This document shows, piece after piece, positions 43,994 through 56,800 of a DNA stretch of 64,000 nt. This stretch comes from Ascidiella aspersa. Its lineage: Eukaryota. How positions within the stretch are numbered: position 1 is the stretch's first letter; each line of letters starts with the position of its first letter. Below the pieces are notes generated by a model. That model made no database searches. It was not told the origin of the DNA and saw only the letters and a list, made by a program, of their open reading frames with translations. The translations under genes and the position numbers were made by a program. The stretch spans positions 25,296,001 through 25,360,000 of the forward strand of contig OZ004608.1 of assembly GCA_963924565.1 (NCBI GenBank). Direction: 5' to 3'.

Positions 43994-46900
43994 TTATTCC
44001 ACGTGTTCTTCCGCGTGTTGATTGCTGAAATGCATCTTGCTCCCGTTTCGCGCGCTCTTGCGGCGAATCGATTTCTTGCTAGTTTCAAAGTATTTCTGAA
44101 TTTCCGACACTGATTTGTTGCGGGTTTCCGGTACGAAAAACATTATGTAGAAAATCTGCAAAATTAAAACACATGTACTGAATGATATCGGGATCAATTT
44201 ATTTTACCGTCGTCTACAGCAATGCTCGCGACCCATTGTTGGGTCGTCGGACTGTTTATTTTTCTTTTGGAGTCCGACTCAGTTGGGTTTAACCGATCTT
44301 GCAGCAATGGTTTGGTTTAATAACAATAACTTGATCTGAACCTGGCTTTCTATAATATACAGTTCAAACTATTCTGTTATAGATAACTATTATGCTTAAC
44401 ATACTGTAAAGGTAATTTGTAAATATTACCGTATGAATTAAACGATTAATATTTACGAATGTTAGGTTTCGAAAATCGTTAATACAGTAGATAAAATAAT
44501 TACAATTAGATAAAATAACTTCCTGAGCAAGAGGTGGGAAACACTTATTTTCTATTTACCTCAGCGACGACTAAAAACAGAAATGGCAGATATGCCAGTC
44601 CTCCCCAGGCTTCCAGAGTGAAGGGGATCACAAAAGCAATGATGGCGGCGGTAAACCAGAACAAAATGCCGGAGATCCAAAGGGCATTAGGTCTGGTGAC
44701 CTGGGTTGTGACAAGAGTGGGCAAAAGCAGGGCGGTGAGAATAGGACCGAGCGAGATTCCGACAATGAGGAGTAACATGGCGGCGACTGCTACGTATTTC
44801 ATGCTCGGGACTCGGTCGCTGATAGATGTGGAGGCAATAAGAAGCAATAACCCGATCGAGCAGGTTGACAAACCTGCCAAAAGCATCTTGCGAGACCCGA
44901 CTCTGGTTAGCACGGCCGTGGAGAAAGCGGTAGTCATCGACATAGCCACGAATATACCTATAGTTGTAAAATGATTGTTATTTTTTGTTTGTTTTTTGTT
45001 ACTTTTGATTAATCAGTTTTTATTTTTTGTCGGGTGCAAATCAGTTGTAGATATTTAACTTACGTACTTTACTGACGTATTGGCGTTCACAGGGTAATTA
45101 TTTAAGAAAACATGTGGGCAATGTTTATTAGTTGAAAAAAGAGGCAATGTTAATAACTGAGAGGTACAGCAACGCGAAGCTGACGCAGTCGATTTATTTT
45201 CGGATGAATAAATATTCTTTGAAAACCTAAATTTTAATTAAATTACGGGTAATTTTAGTATCACGATATTTTAAACGTTCCGCCATTGAGACTAACCATT
45301 TTCGTTTTAGCCAACCCTGTCCATAATTTTTTCCTATTTACATATCGTTATTCTAGTTGTCAAGCACTAAAATCCACTCAAAATACAAATGCCCTGAAGG
45401 CGCGGACGTTGACTAACAAAAATGTCAATGCGCTTATATCTCGTATCCGTAAGAAAGATTAACATATGGGCGTAATTTGCGTGCACTATAATAAGAACAA
45501 AAGTCTACCTTGTTGAGAACCCTAATACAAGAGAGGCATTTTCAATAACAAACCTATGGTGTAGAAAGTAGAATTCTCCTGTTCAATTCCAGCTGCTTCA
45601 AATAATGTGTTAGTATACTGAAATAGAGCCTGAATTCCCGTCGCCTGAAGTGCAAACTGCAGCAGAATGGCGGCGATGAGCTGGCGTCTGTATTTTCCAG
45701 TTGTTAGAATTTGGCGCACCGAGGCTCGTTCCATATGCTCGTCGGCCTCCATCTCAGCCTTCCAGGCTTCGTGCTCTCTCAATACTTCTTCATCAGATCC
45801 GACCCGCATCCGACGAAGCAGTTTTAACGACGGAGGATTTTCCTTCGCCGCTTTCACTCCTGCAATCTCGGCGCTCCGCTCCTGCTTCAGTTTCCATGTG
45901 ACCGTGTGTGGTATCCAGGGAAGACAGACGAGATAAAGCAGCGAAAATAGCCCTGGAATGGCTAAAAATATCGGCCAATTGGTCGCACCACCTAGAACAG
46001 CCGGGAGGCCTAAACCGTTGGCCACTCCGGCGCTTATCTGCATCAACCAGCCAGGCGGAGTTTGGTAGAAGGCAAAAGTCTTTCGTGAAGCCAGCTCTGC
46101 TACGAACAATGGAGCAACGCTGAAAGAAGTTCCTCGCGCGATGCCGTTAAGGAAGCGCCCGATTATGAGCGCTTCGTAAGAGTTGGCCAAATAGGCCACT
46201 GGTGACATGAGTACCGTTGAAAGAAACAGGGCTACATGAATAATCGTCATGACTCCCCTGCGGCTGTGCAAAAAAGCATATCGTGTTGTCAAATAACAAA
46301 AAGTATAATGGGAAAAGTAAAATATCGCTTGCGTTATCCAGCTTACAAAAAATGCATCAAACCACCAGGACGCAAAGTATACTTGGGCATTTAGCAATAG
46401 TTTCTCATGCAATGTATATCAAAAGTAACCCTGTAAATTCGTAGACTGCGTGTCATAAGAATGCCCTACTGTATGTTTTGTTGCAACCTACTTACAAAGC
46501 AAAGAATTTGAAAATAGATAAGTAACCTAAAAGTAACTTTCCTACTGTATATAACACGGATGAGTATCAAATTTGTAATGTTAATATATAAAAAAGAACT
46601 TTCCACAAATCAAACCTTAAAGTTTGAACCCAGAACCTGCTGGTTGTCGCACCTAAAGCTGATCCAACGATGAGCATTGATTGACTTAACGTTATGATCA
46701 AACCACTTGAATCGTTGGTCGCTGGAATACCAAAACGTTTCTGTAGGTAAAATTATTATTTCTTAAGTTAACAGTAAGCTTCTTATCAGGTCAGTGATTT
46801 AATTTCATAAGGGCATAACGATTTTGCTATAGCAAATTTGCCTAACCTCTATGTAGTGATACATGATAGGTATTTAATTCGGAAAGCCGATTAGCGATAT

Positions 46901-47698
46901 ATTGGACAAAAGCGCTGCGGTCGGATTCCAAACCGATGACATCATAGGACAGAATATGTGGATCTGAAACATGAACAAGCTAGTATAGGCCTACACTATG
47001 GGCTGTTAGTTGATGTTTTTTATTGGTTTGAATTGCCTTTAATTTATACGACAATAATATGATATGCATAAACTCTAAAGGATGTTTAAAAATTAAACGG
47101 TATACCTCAGAACCTATGTTAAATATCCAAAAACAAGTAATGAAAATAAACACAGGAGAAAAAAATAATTTTTAAGTAGCCTAAATTTATTACGAACCCA
47201 TTTGCAATCAACGCGGAAGCAGATTTTTATGCGACTGAGAAATTGTTTTTCAAACGATAATTTTGTTACAAAATCTCTTAAAAACGAATAAAAAGCTTTA
47301 TCCTACAGCGCTAGGATTCTACCATATTAAAAAAGTAAAGCTGTGACCCCACTTCCCATAAATCCACCCGAGATTGACATTTCTTAGTTTCTTTTTTAAA
47401 CTTGTTATCTAGTTTTAACTTGAATACCTATTACAAAAAAATGTTCTCTGTTAAATTCTTGTTTTGAAGTCCGAAAGTTTAACACATCCTTCTTATTATT
47501 ATAATGCCATATAACTTGTCGTCCAGTCCTGATAATATATAAAATATCTCCTACCATATGCGAGATGTTGACGAACTGACGAATAACTGGAGTAATAGGA
47601 TTGATTGCTGTCAGATTGTAACCCATGGTCATCCAAACTGACACTTGGGTTAGCATAACAATAAAAATACAGCTACCGGAGTTGATCCTTTCCACCAT
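43994..47698 (-). CDS. SLC2A/GLUT-like facilitated transporter (MFS sugar-porter family), ~512 aa
   Basis: Exons 47698-47555, 46740-46616, 46263-45554, 44957-44560, 44155-43994 are in frame. Motifs GYNLTAINP, SRRG, IIGRFLNG, PLFVAELA, WPIFL, YRRQLI and FFVPETRNKS. Confidence 0.88.
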
Positions 47699-48601
47699 CA
47701 CTGTGTTTTTTACCACTTTAAACAAAGGCAACAGGGTTTTGCTGAATAATATGGATACAAGTTATGAGCCTATTATCGAGAACCTGATTTTAAACATATC
47801 CGATTTTATGGCATAAAAATCAGTAAACAATTATTCGTATTGCTGGCACTCTGTTATTTTGTTTGCTGTTTGTTACACTAGGTTACTTCACTGTCCAACT
47901 AGCACTGTTCGGTCACCTACTCGTTTGGCCATAATTTCAAGGTATGCATTGCACCTATTTAAACGATTCCTATACCCAGTGACCATGCAGGGTTTCCGTC
48001 CAGTGACCATGAAGGCGTGCAACATCACCTGTCCACAAACCGTAACGTTTCTTGCATTCTTCAGGTCATATCTCAAACAGTGAGCCTATTTAACTGCTGA
48101 TACCGACTGTCTTGCAAACATCTGTCTTGTCAGGTTTTAGCACCACTCCTAAAACTTGAAGTTAAATAGCCTGCGCGTTGAGTTGCATGATACAAGGTTG
48201 CTTGCGGCGCTAAAATAACGAAATGACTTATTTCGGAGTACGTATTGATAACGGTGATGTTATAAAAGAATAAAACCTTTCGCCACTTGCGAAAATGAAC
48301 GGTGAAAACTACGATTATCATGATAATATTCGTCAAAAGATCTGCCAACAGCTAAAAAAACTTACGTTGATGCTTTTCGTTTTGTAGTCATATTAATATT
48401 CTATGGTAATTCAGTTGGTAGAAATAGATTCGCGTGCAAATTACTAAATGTAGGTTGTACTGATATGCGAGGCATTCATCAATAAGCAATTCTTCTAATA
48501 TTCATGCAGGAGCTAAATAATGCTTCAACTATAGAAACTCAGACTGATAACAATTTCGTCCCACCTTTTATAAGTGATGCTTGTTTTGCTTCTCAGTAAC
48601 A

Positions 48602-48641
48602 TTAACTGAAGATGATACAAGCTCGTTTCGAAACGTCTTAA
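48602..48641 (+). ncRNA. Minimal hammerhead-like motif (second family)
   Basis: ttaa-CTGAAGA-t-GATAC-aagctc-GTTTC-GAAAC-GTC-ttaa; a more decayed sibling lies at 58331-58370. Confidence 0.5.
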
Positions 48642-50815
48642 TCATGATTTCGATCTACTTGACCTTTTTGGCTTCGCAATGCATTATCAAGCTACATTGC
48701 AGATCCCTGCATAGTGTATCCATTTATGCATGGCATTTTGTAGAAAGTCATTTCCGCAATAAAATACCACATTTTTAATTAAACGAAATTGTGTGGTGTT
48801 AAATTTTCCGAACGAAAATCATTATCTTGTCTACCAGATAGGAGTTGGGTGATTTTAAATAGAAATATATAAATAGCTGACGTTTTAACTATGCCATAGC
48901 CCACTTATGTATTGCGATTTTATTTTACAATATTGTATTTCTTAAGGTAGAACAAATTCGACACAATCTCGTGCGTGATTTTCGTTTATTGTCGTAATAC
49001 ACTGGGACGCTTCAAAAGTAACAACACAAATTGACGACAACGAAAATTCAAACGATACAATCCGCTAAACGCCAAAGGCCCATTCCCCTAACTAAAGCTT
49101 GATGACGACTATTTTACCATTTAGGCGCGACGAACGAGATCTTTGCGCAGTCGGCGTGTATAGCGTTACATTATGTATGGTCACAGGGCGGCAACACTAA
49201 GTACTCTTACAGGTTACGAATTAGTCAGCCTACATTAAAATGGCTTAAATGATAAAATAAAAGAGTAACTGTTTAACGAAGTTAACCAAAATAAAGAGCA
49301 AGCTAAAGAAGAAGCCAGAGCGTCTGGAAATCGACATGAGCCAGCGCGAATAACTTACAGATTCGGTTTAAGAATTTCAGACGAACTTTTAGGTGATAAA
49401 TAAATACGAGCCAAGATTTTATTCAAATTAAACCCTAAAAGGATAAAGACACGCACCTCTGCTCATAAACAAAATAATAAATATGAACGATCCCTAAGAA
49501 CGTTATTAAATTGTTTTTTCAGCGACTAATAAATGCAAAATAGTTTCCAGATCCATTGAATATTGCTTTTTTGTAATGCGATATTTTGTAAAAATAAAAT
49601 AATAGAAAACGCGAAAGCATGAATTAGAAGTGGTGCGATTATTTTTTGAAGACAGTGTAAACAAAAAATACAAAAGTAGAATGGAAGACAAGTTAACGAA
49701 CCGCTTGAAAATAGGCTTACAGTAAACACCAAGCCATTCAAACTCATCCAACTCTATTCTGCAAGCCTTGTCATGTGTCCAGGTCAAAACGCAAATAGCG
49801 TACTAACTAAGTTTAACTGTTGTTACCACCAAGCCAACAAGGAAAGGTGACATTGTCAGCTGACATGATGAACCAACCTACCGGTTGTGAAAATTGTAGA
49901 ATAATTTGTTTTAACGAAATAACACTTGAAAATCACAATATTATTCGCGATAAAACGTTATAAGGTTTAAAGGTATGAATAGCTTTTGAAATGAATGCCT
50001 ATATTTGTTATCATCTACTAAAGATTAATTAATGAGTAAATTCTCTATGCTGATTCGTCCTCTACGGTGGCCAGCCTATGACGACATAAATAGTTTGTGA
50101 CGTCGCAATGACGCCAAGTCGATGACGTGTTAATAAGCGCTAGGTGCGTTTGACGCAAAGCGCAGGGTTTGCGTATCGCGCAACAACGAACGGCGTGGAC
50201 TCGAACAAAATATGGAGAAGCTTCAGGTCACTTGAAGAAGACCCCGTTTGGTCGGACCCGCCGAAAACAAACGGAAAACGCAAAGCGCAACTTGATCAAA
50301 GCGAAAAAGCACAACTTTATCAAAGCGAAGGAGAATAATACTTGTTTGGCAGATTTAAAATTATCCAGTTTGCATTGTTATTAACGTATCTCTTTTAGAC
50401 GTTGAAGTCTTATATACGTGACATATATTTTACGAATCTGAAAATGATTTTTTTTTAAATTGCGTAGACTTCGAATCCCCTTTAAAAATTTTTGCCTTAG
50501 ACGTTCTTGGACATGTCAGACAAACAATATTCGGTGACCTTCGCAAACGCAAAATGCAACAAAAACTAACAAGAAATAATAAATTTCATAAAATGAACAT
50601 CAATAATGATATAATAATTAATAGGTAACCACAACAGATCGCCAGTAACTTAAGAAAATACTAAAAGAAAAAGACAATAAAACGACGGTCTTTGCCGCCA
50701 ACGGAAGGAAAGTGGTTAGCATCGATGCGGTGCACATTTGCTCCTTTTCGCTATACCAGGGAAAATCTAGTCCGTTTTGGCGCCACCAAACGCTTAGTCA
50801 CCTAACGATCGGCAT

Positions 50816-53800
50816 TCACGCGGTGGCGTAGTGATCGAATGAGCCTAGGTATTCGAGGGCGGCTCTGTAGCAGAATTGATACTGGTCCTCGGTCTGTACC
50901 ATAGCCGGTCGCTGCGTGCGTAGCATTTTCACCGTCTACAAAAGCAAAAACAAACATATCAGAGACGTTTCGTTAAAAAGAATTATGCAAGGCCTCAAAA
51001 TCGAACACCAATTACCCCAAAAACATTTGACACTGCACGGTAAAAAACGTGAATCATTGAAATTCGGTTAATTTGTAGCCTTCTGAATTTATCAAATGAA
51101 AACAATTTTTTATAGGACACATTCTTGTAAAATAAAGATACCTTCTAAGTTTTTAACGTTCTATAGTTGTTTTATAACAGATAAAAAAAACCTGCTACTA
51201 AAATACATGACTTAAACATTCCCAGTCATATCGCATCAATCCGTACCTCGCCAAACGTTTTTAAACCTCAATAACGTGGCTCAGATTACCATTACCATTA
51301 CCATTTCTATTCTATCCATCGAGTTTACGATCGTCGCCTAGAATCAAAGATCTTCTTACCCTAAACCATAAAAGCGATCGCTCACCTGAAACATATCGAC
51401 CAGGTTCTCGAAGCGCATTCGCTCCAGGGCGATGCTGAGTGTGATGAAGACTCCGGTGCGGCCAACGCCAGCGCTACAGTGGATGGTTATGGGTCCCTCC
51501 TGACCGAACTGCTCCTTGGTCTTGTGCACCTGGCCGATGAAGTCGATAAACTCCTCGCCCGACTTGGGCACGGCCTGTTCAGGCCAGTCGGTGAACTGGA
51601 ACTGGCGCACGGTGCGCGATTGGCCGTCCCGGGCGTCCGTAACCTGCCAAATGAGATGTAATTACAAATTTGATGTATAAGGCGCGATGTATAAGGCACA
51701 CGCAAGCCTTGGGAGGAAAATTACAAGGTTTTACTGAGAATATAATAATAGTAAAGCGCCGTGGCTTGTACTGTTTCGGTGACCACTGATTTGTTTGTAT
51801 AGGTCTTTTAAGTTTTGTGCTTAGAAACGAAGACGATAATATATCTACGGACATTAAACTTTGCTTTTAGTTAATACAAACATCCGTTAATCACTGCTCA
51901 TACAATTTGCCTTTTTTTTCAAATTGAGTTGCAAATCAAATTTATGAGAGATTGTTCGATGTCGCTAGCATTATTGTTTGCACACAACCACCATCATTGG
52001 TTAGCAAACAGATCTGATGATTGCAAGCTGTTGTGATCTGGTGCCAAACAACGAGCTTTTCGCACATGATTGGATATTTAATTACATTTGCAAATATGGA
52101 TTTCGCGCATGTGTAACAGACTTCCATGCAAATTCACTTTCCGCTATTATCTTTTATCATGCCTTTTTTGCCACCATCAAAATATTTTTGTTGCTTTTTG
52201 GGAAGATTAATTGAAGGCAAGGCTCAATATTGTGAAGCTAATTTAATTAAAAGTCAACTTGGTTGGTGTCCTAGAAATTTAAGACCTGTTAAGTGGTTAA
52301 CAAACTAGAATCTCATCATCGCAGAATTGCAGTCATTGTGAACAGAAACCGAAGAAATGTGGTTACTATATACTGCTCGTGCAAGGCAGTGGTTCATATT
52401 ATCTCAGATTGTGAGTAGGATTTACGCGTAGAGGAAAGGTAATTGCTACCTTTAAGGCGTTTTACGCAACAATTATATCTGTATATGTGCTTATCCTCAA
52501 GCTGTTTACAGCTTATTCTTGACGGATTTCGGAGTGATGTAATCAGCCCAATTCCACTGCATGACGCAAGGCTTAAATCGGCGAGGATTTTACTGAAGTA
52601 TTTTGCTTTGCAGATCGCTTTGCAAATACGTTCGAAGGCACTTATATGTGTATTTAAACTATACGTTTGTTGATTTAGGAACTAAGATGGCTTATCGCAT
52701 ACCTACACTACTTTTGCAGTCAGATGGGTGGCCCATAATACGATGTCAAGTACATGGACTTACAAAGCGTTAAGGAGATTCAACATTGTAACTAATCGAA
52801 CCTGTCCAACATCGAGGGCAGACTATCGAATTAATTTGGCAGCGCTACGACGCTATTTGAAACTCGTGCGAGTCGAGTGGACAATAAAGCACGTTTGAAT
52901 GAAACAGCACGTAACGAACCCTCACCTTAAACTCGCGCAGGATGTAGTGCGGCATGCTGTACTCGGCCATCGGATCGACGACGAAGTATTGATAGCGCGC
53001 CGAGCGCTCGGCCGGCCAGTACTGGTGGCACTTGTCGCGCCCATTCTCGCGCAGCTTGGTCAGCATGACCACGATGGTGGAGTTGTGCTCCCACAACATT
53101 CGCCAGAAGTCGTCGGTGGTCTCGGGCAATGGGCCCTGGGTGGCCACGTACGCGCGCTTTTGCCTGCAAGCAAAACAAGGTTGTTTATTTTTTGTTTAAC
53201 GAACGGGGCGGGGCGATTAGAAAAAAGGTAAAGTATCCTCCAGTAAACGGCGCAAATTTTGATTACTTTTAGCGAAACCAGTAAAAAGTAATGCCCAAGT
53301 CAAGTCATTATTAGAGCAAGTCAACTCCAAGACAAATTACTAATATAAAAAAATAAAATTGGCAAATAAACCATTAAAATTTGGCTAAGTCATTGACTTA
53401 ATTCATTACAACACTTAGCGAAACTGAGGTGACAAAACATTTATTAATACATGAAACAAGAATTGGTTTTATAAATTTCTTACCGCATGAATATCACTAT
53501 GAGACTGTTCTGATTGTATAGAGCTGAAATAACTAATGAACAACCAACAAATGGCGCACATCGCTAAGGTTAAATGTTTAAGAAGTATTTTTACTAAAAA
53601 AATAAAACCAACCTGTAACCGTCGATAAAGCTGGCATTGATGTAGTCGGATCCTTCCACGCCCCTGATCGGCTGCAGACACACCCGGGTGCCCTCCAGTG
53701 GTAGGATGTTGACAAGTCTGTTCTTGAACTTGTTGCAGGGAAGGTTGGCGCTCACGAAACGGGCGGCCGATGCTTTTTGGCTTGCCAAGCGCTGATTTGT

Positions 53801-56800
53801 TGGAGCAAAACAGAAAACTGGGTTTAAAGTAATAGAATGACAATATCCGGAGTAAATTTCTGTTATAATCCATCTTGTGATTTGCAGTTAAAATGAATCA
53901 GGTTGAGTATACAAAATAGTATTATCGGAATAAAGTCTCCGCGGTTTGGTCAGCACTTTAGTGCATTGTGTTTTGCTACAGTGTAAATGCAAATCCAATT
54001 CCATTTTTCTCGAAGTCTGCTATTTTATTTAGTACCTCATACGATAGTTGTTGTTGTATGTACAATACATAAGAATAAACGAAGCACAAAAAAGTACAAG
54101 GCAACCTTCATTGCACATTTTTTTACTTAACTATGTAAGAGGTTAAGTATCAAACTACAAAATTTAAAAAATACCAAAAAATGTTTGCAACTGAAAAGGA
54201 TGCGGGGTGGAAGCAGATGCACTCTTCGCATTTTGTTTATGCAAGCAGTTTGTACGCAATGGTACTTACCTTAAACTCGATTTCCATGCCGGTGACCGGC
54301 GAGTCAGGCGAGGGCGTGGTGAGCTTGTGAAGGTGGTTGTAAAGGTCGCCAGCCGGCAACTCGGTGTTGCCACAGCTGATCGCTTCCAACAGGGCGTCGT
54401 GCACGAATATGTACTGGTCTTCTGTTTGTACCTGGCCAATCGAACGAGGGGCGTTTAGTAGCCGTTTTCACGCTCGCTTGTTTACATATTGGGTTAAACC
54501 GGTGGTTCTCAACCGGGGTGCCGCGGCACTCCAGGGTGCCATTTTTTAACGCTCTCAAGAGTGCCGACAGATCTTTTAAATTCTTAAGGCTTTTTAGTTA
54601 CAACGTTGTAAGGATAGCGTTACTTCAAGTTTTACACACACAGAATTTTTATTTTGGTTCTTAACGTATATGTTTGTCTAAGATGCTTCGGCGTGGGTTA
54701 CGTTACAAAGAAAGAAGTACGATTTTTGTTGGGGTCGAACTTGAATTGTTTTGGAAATCTGACAGCAAGTCCAAGAGACCTCCAGCGTGAACATTCTGTT
54801 TAAACAATACTAACCATAATAGTACTCACCATGTAGTTTCGCTCGGCTCGCATGCAAGTCACTTGTCCGTAGACGTCTACCGTGTCCTCGAACTGGATCC
54901 TGTCAAGCATTGCGTCGATACAGATGAAGCAGCCTGCCCGTCCAACGCCGGCGCTGTGACGCAATGGGTTACGTGTTACATCATTGCAATAAGAGCCAGG
55001 AACGTTTGTTTAGCGCTAGTTCCAGAGTGCAATGCGGACAAATGTAAACGTGGATATTTTAAGAAAATATGATTGGAAATAACCGGAAATTCTAGTAAAG
55101 AAAAAAGTCATGCGCATAAAGTTTATCGTTTATATTTTTGAACAATGGGTAGGGTTGAACTCTCTAGATAAAATTAGGGGCTCAATATTGTCAGCTTGGA
55201 ATTTAAGTAAAGGATTGATAAAAACAATAAAAACCCATTATGAAAATGCCAACCTCATCTCACCATTAGGTGACATAACTCGATTAAATCGAGCTGTGCT
55301 TACCTGCAATGCACAATGATCGGTCCGATCTCCGGTTGATATTGGGCTTTCACGCGTCGCATAAAGTTGAGCACTGGTGTGGGATGTTCCGGCACTCCGT
55401 GGTCAGGCCAGGCCGTGTATTGAAAGTGTTTCACCTCGCGACGGTCGTTCAAGCCGTTCTGCGTCGACAAAAAAAGTGTTAAGAATTAAAGCTAATTCGA
55501 TTGCGTGGGGAATTTAAATTAAAACGAGGCGAGGTACCACCCGTTCACATTAAATTATATTAATAGTCAACAAAGTAGAAAGTGGGAATATAGCTAAAAC
55601 TTTATAATTTTTCTTTAAAATAAATCCAGAAAAGAATAAACATCTCAAATAAAAAATATTATTCAAGGCGAAGCTATAATGACCAAAAAGATTATGAATT
55701 GTAAAAACTGTAGTCTATAATATTTCAAATATTAGTACCTTTTGCAAAATAAGGGTCCGCACACAGTAAGTCGCCAGTTCCATTTCGTCAACCAGTGTAA
55801 CATTCATCAGGCCGTACTGTTCACTACTCTGACTGGGCCAGTATTGCTCACACTTAACCTGCACATTGGAGTAATAAAATAAGCCCTTAATAATTAATTT
55901 ACCAAAGTAATGATATATAGAACAAATGTATATAAATTCACCAGATTAAAAAACAAAGACGTCAAGCAAACTATGTTTTATTTATTTATTTGTCGTTCGG
56001 CAAAGCAAGTGTTTTAGCGCCACTACTTGATTACTTATGCTGGTCATAAAAGGTTTTACGACTATCGTAGGTCATAAAACAACTAGATTTTTGTTGCATA
56101 CAAAGACGCGTTTGACAAACCTTGCATCTCTCTTCGCACTTTGTCATCATTACAACAATGGCTGATCTTTGTTCCCAAACCATTCGCCAGAAATCTTGCA
56201 ATGTGTCCCGGGTAGGTCCTTGGGTGGCGATGTAAGCATTCTGTTTCCTAAGAAATGAAAAAACAAATCAGTCCAGTTAAAAATATTTTTCCACATACTG
56301 TTATAAAGCTTGAAACTCGTATGCAGATATGTAGATTATTATTTTGAATATCTACTTCGTCGCAGGTAGCTTTTTTAGCGGCCAATGCCTTGCTTGCAAT
56401 AAAATTCATTCTAGCTAATTGAATTTGTTACGGATGTTAATTTAGAATTCCGGAGACTTATTTGTTAATGCCTTTTTTCCATAAATTTTCCCTATTTTTT
56501 TCGCCCTGGGTCGTCAAGCAAATTCGTTCAAGTAAAGGCTAAAATTGACCGTTTTTAGTGTTACCTGTAGCCGCTGATGTAGTTTGCGTTGATGTAGTCG
56601 GAGCCCGGCACGCCGTCTATCGGCGAGAGTGTGAGCCTGGAGTGGTCGTAGGCGATGACGTTGGCATAGCGATTCTTAGACTTGTTCACTTCCAACGTGG
56701 AGTGCTCCCACATGAATTGCTGACCAGGGTCGATCGACTGTGGGAAAAAATAACGATAGCAACAAGCTGAAAAAACAAGGCGGACCATAGTTCTTCGAAA

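Noticed and set aside
44534-44974. Plus-strand ORFs here and at 35918-36325
   Set aside because: Antisense shadows of hydrophobic transporter exons; their similarity comes from the gene duplication.
49967-50485. TTAA-flanked Kolobok-like element and ORF 50144-50338; similar 3' end near 3130-3164
   Set aside because: Terminal repeats match poorly and the ORF has no motif; too weak to call.
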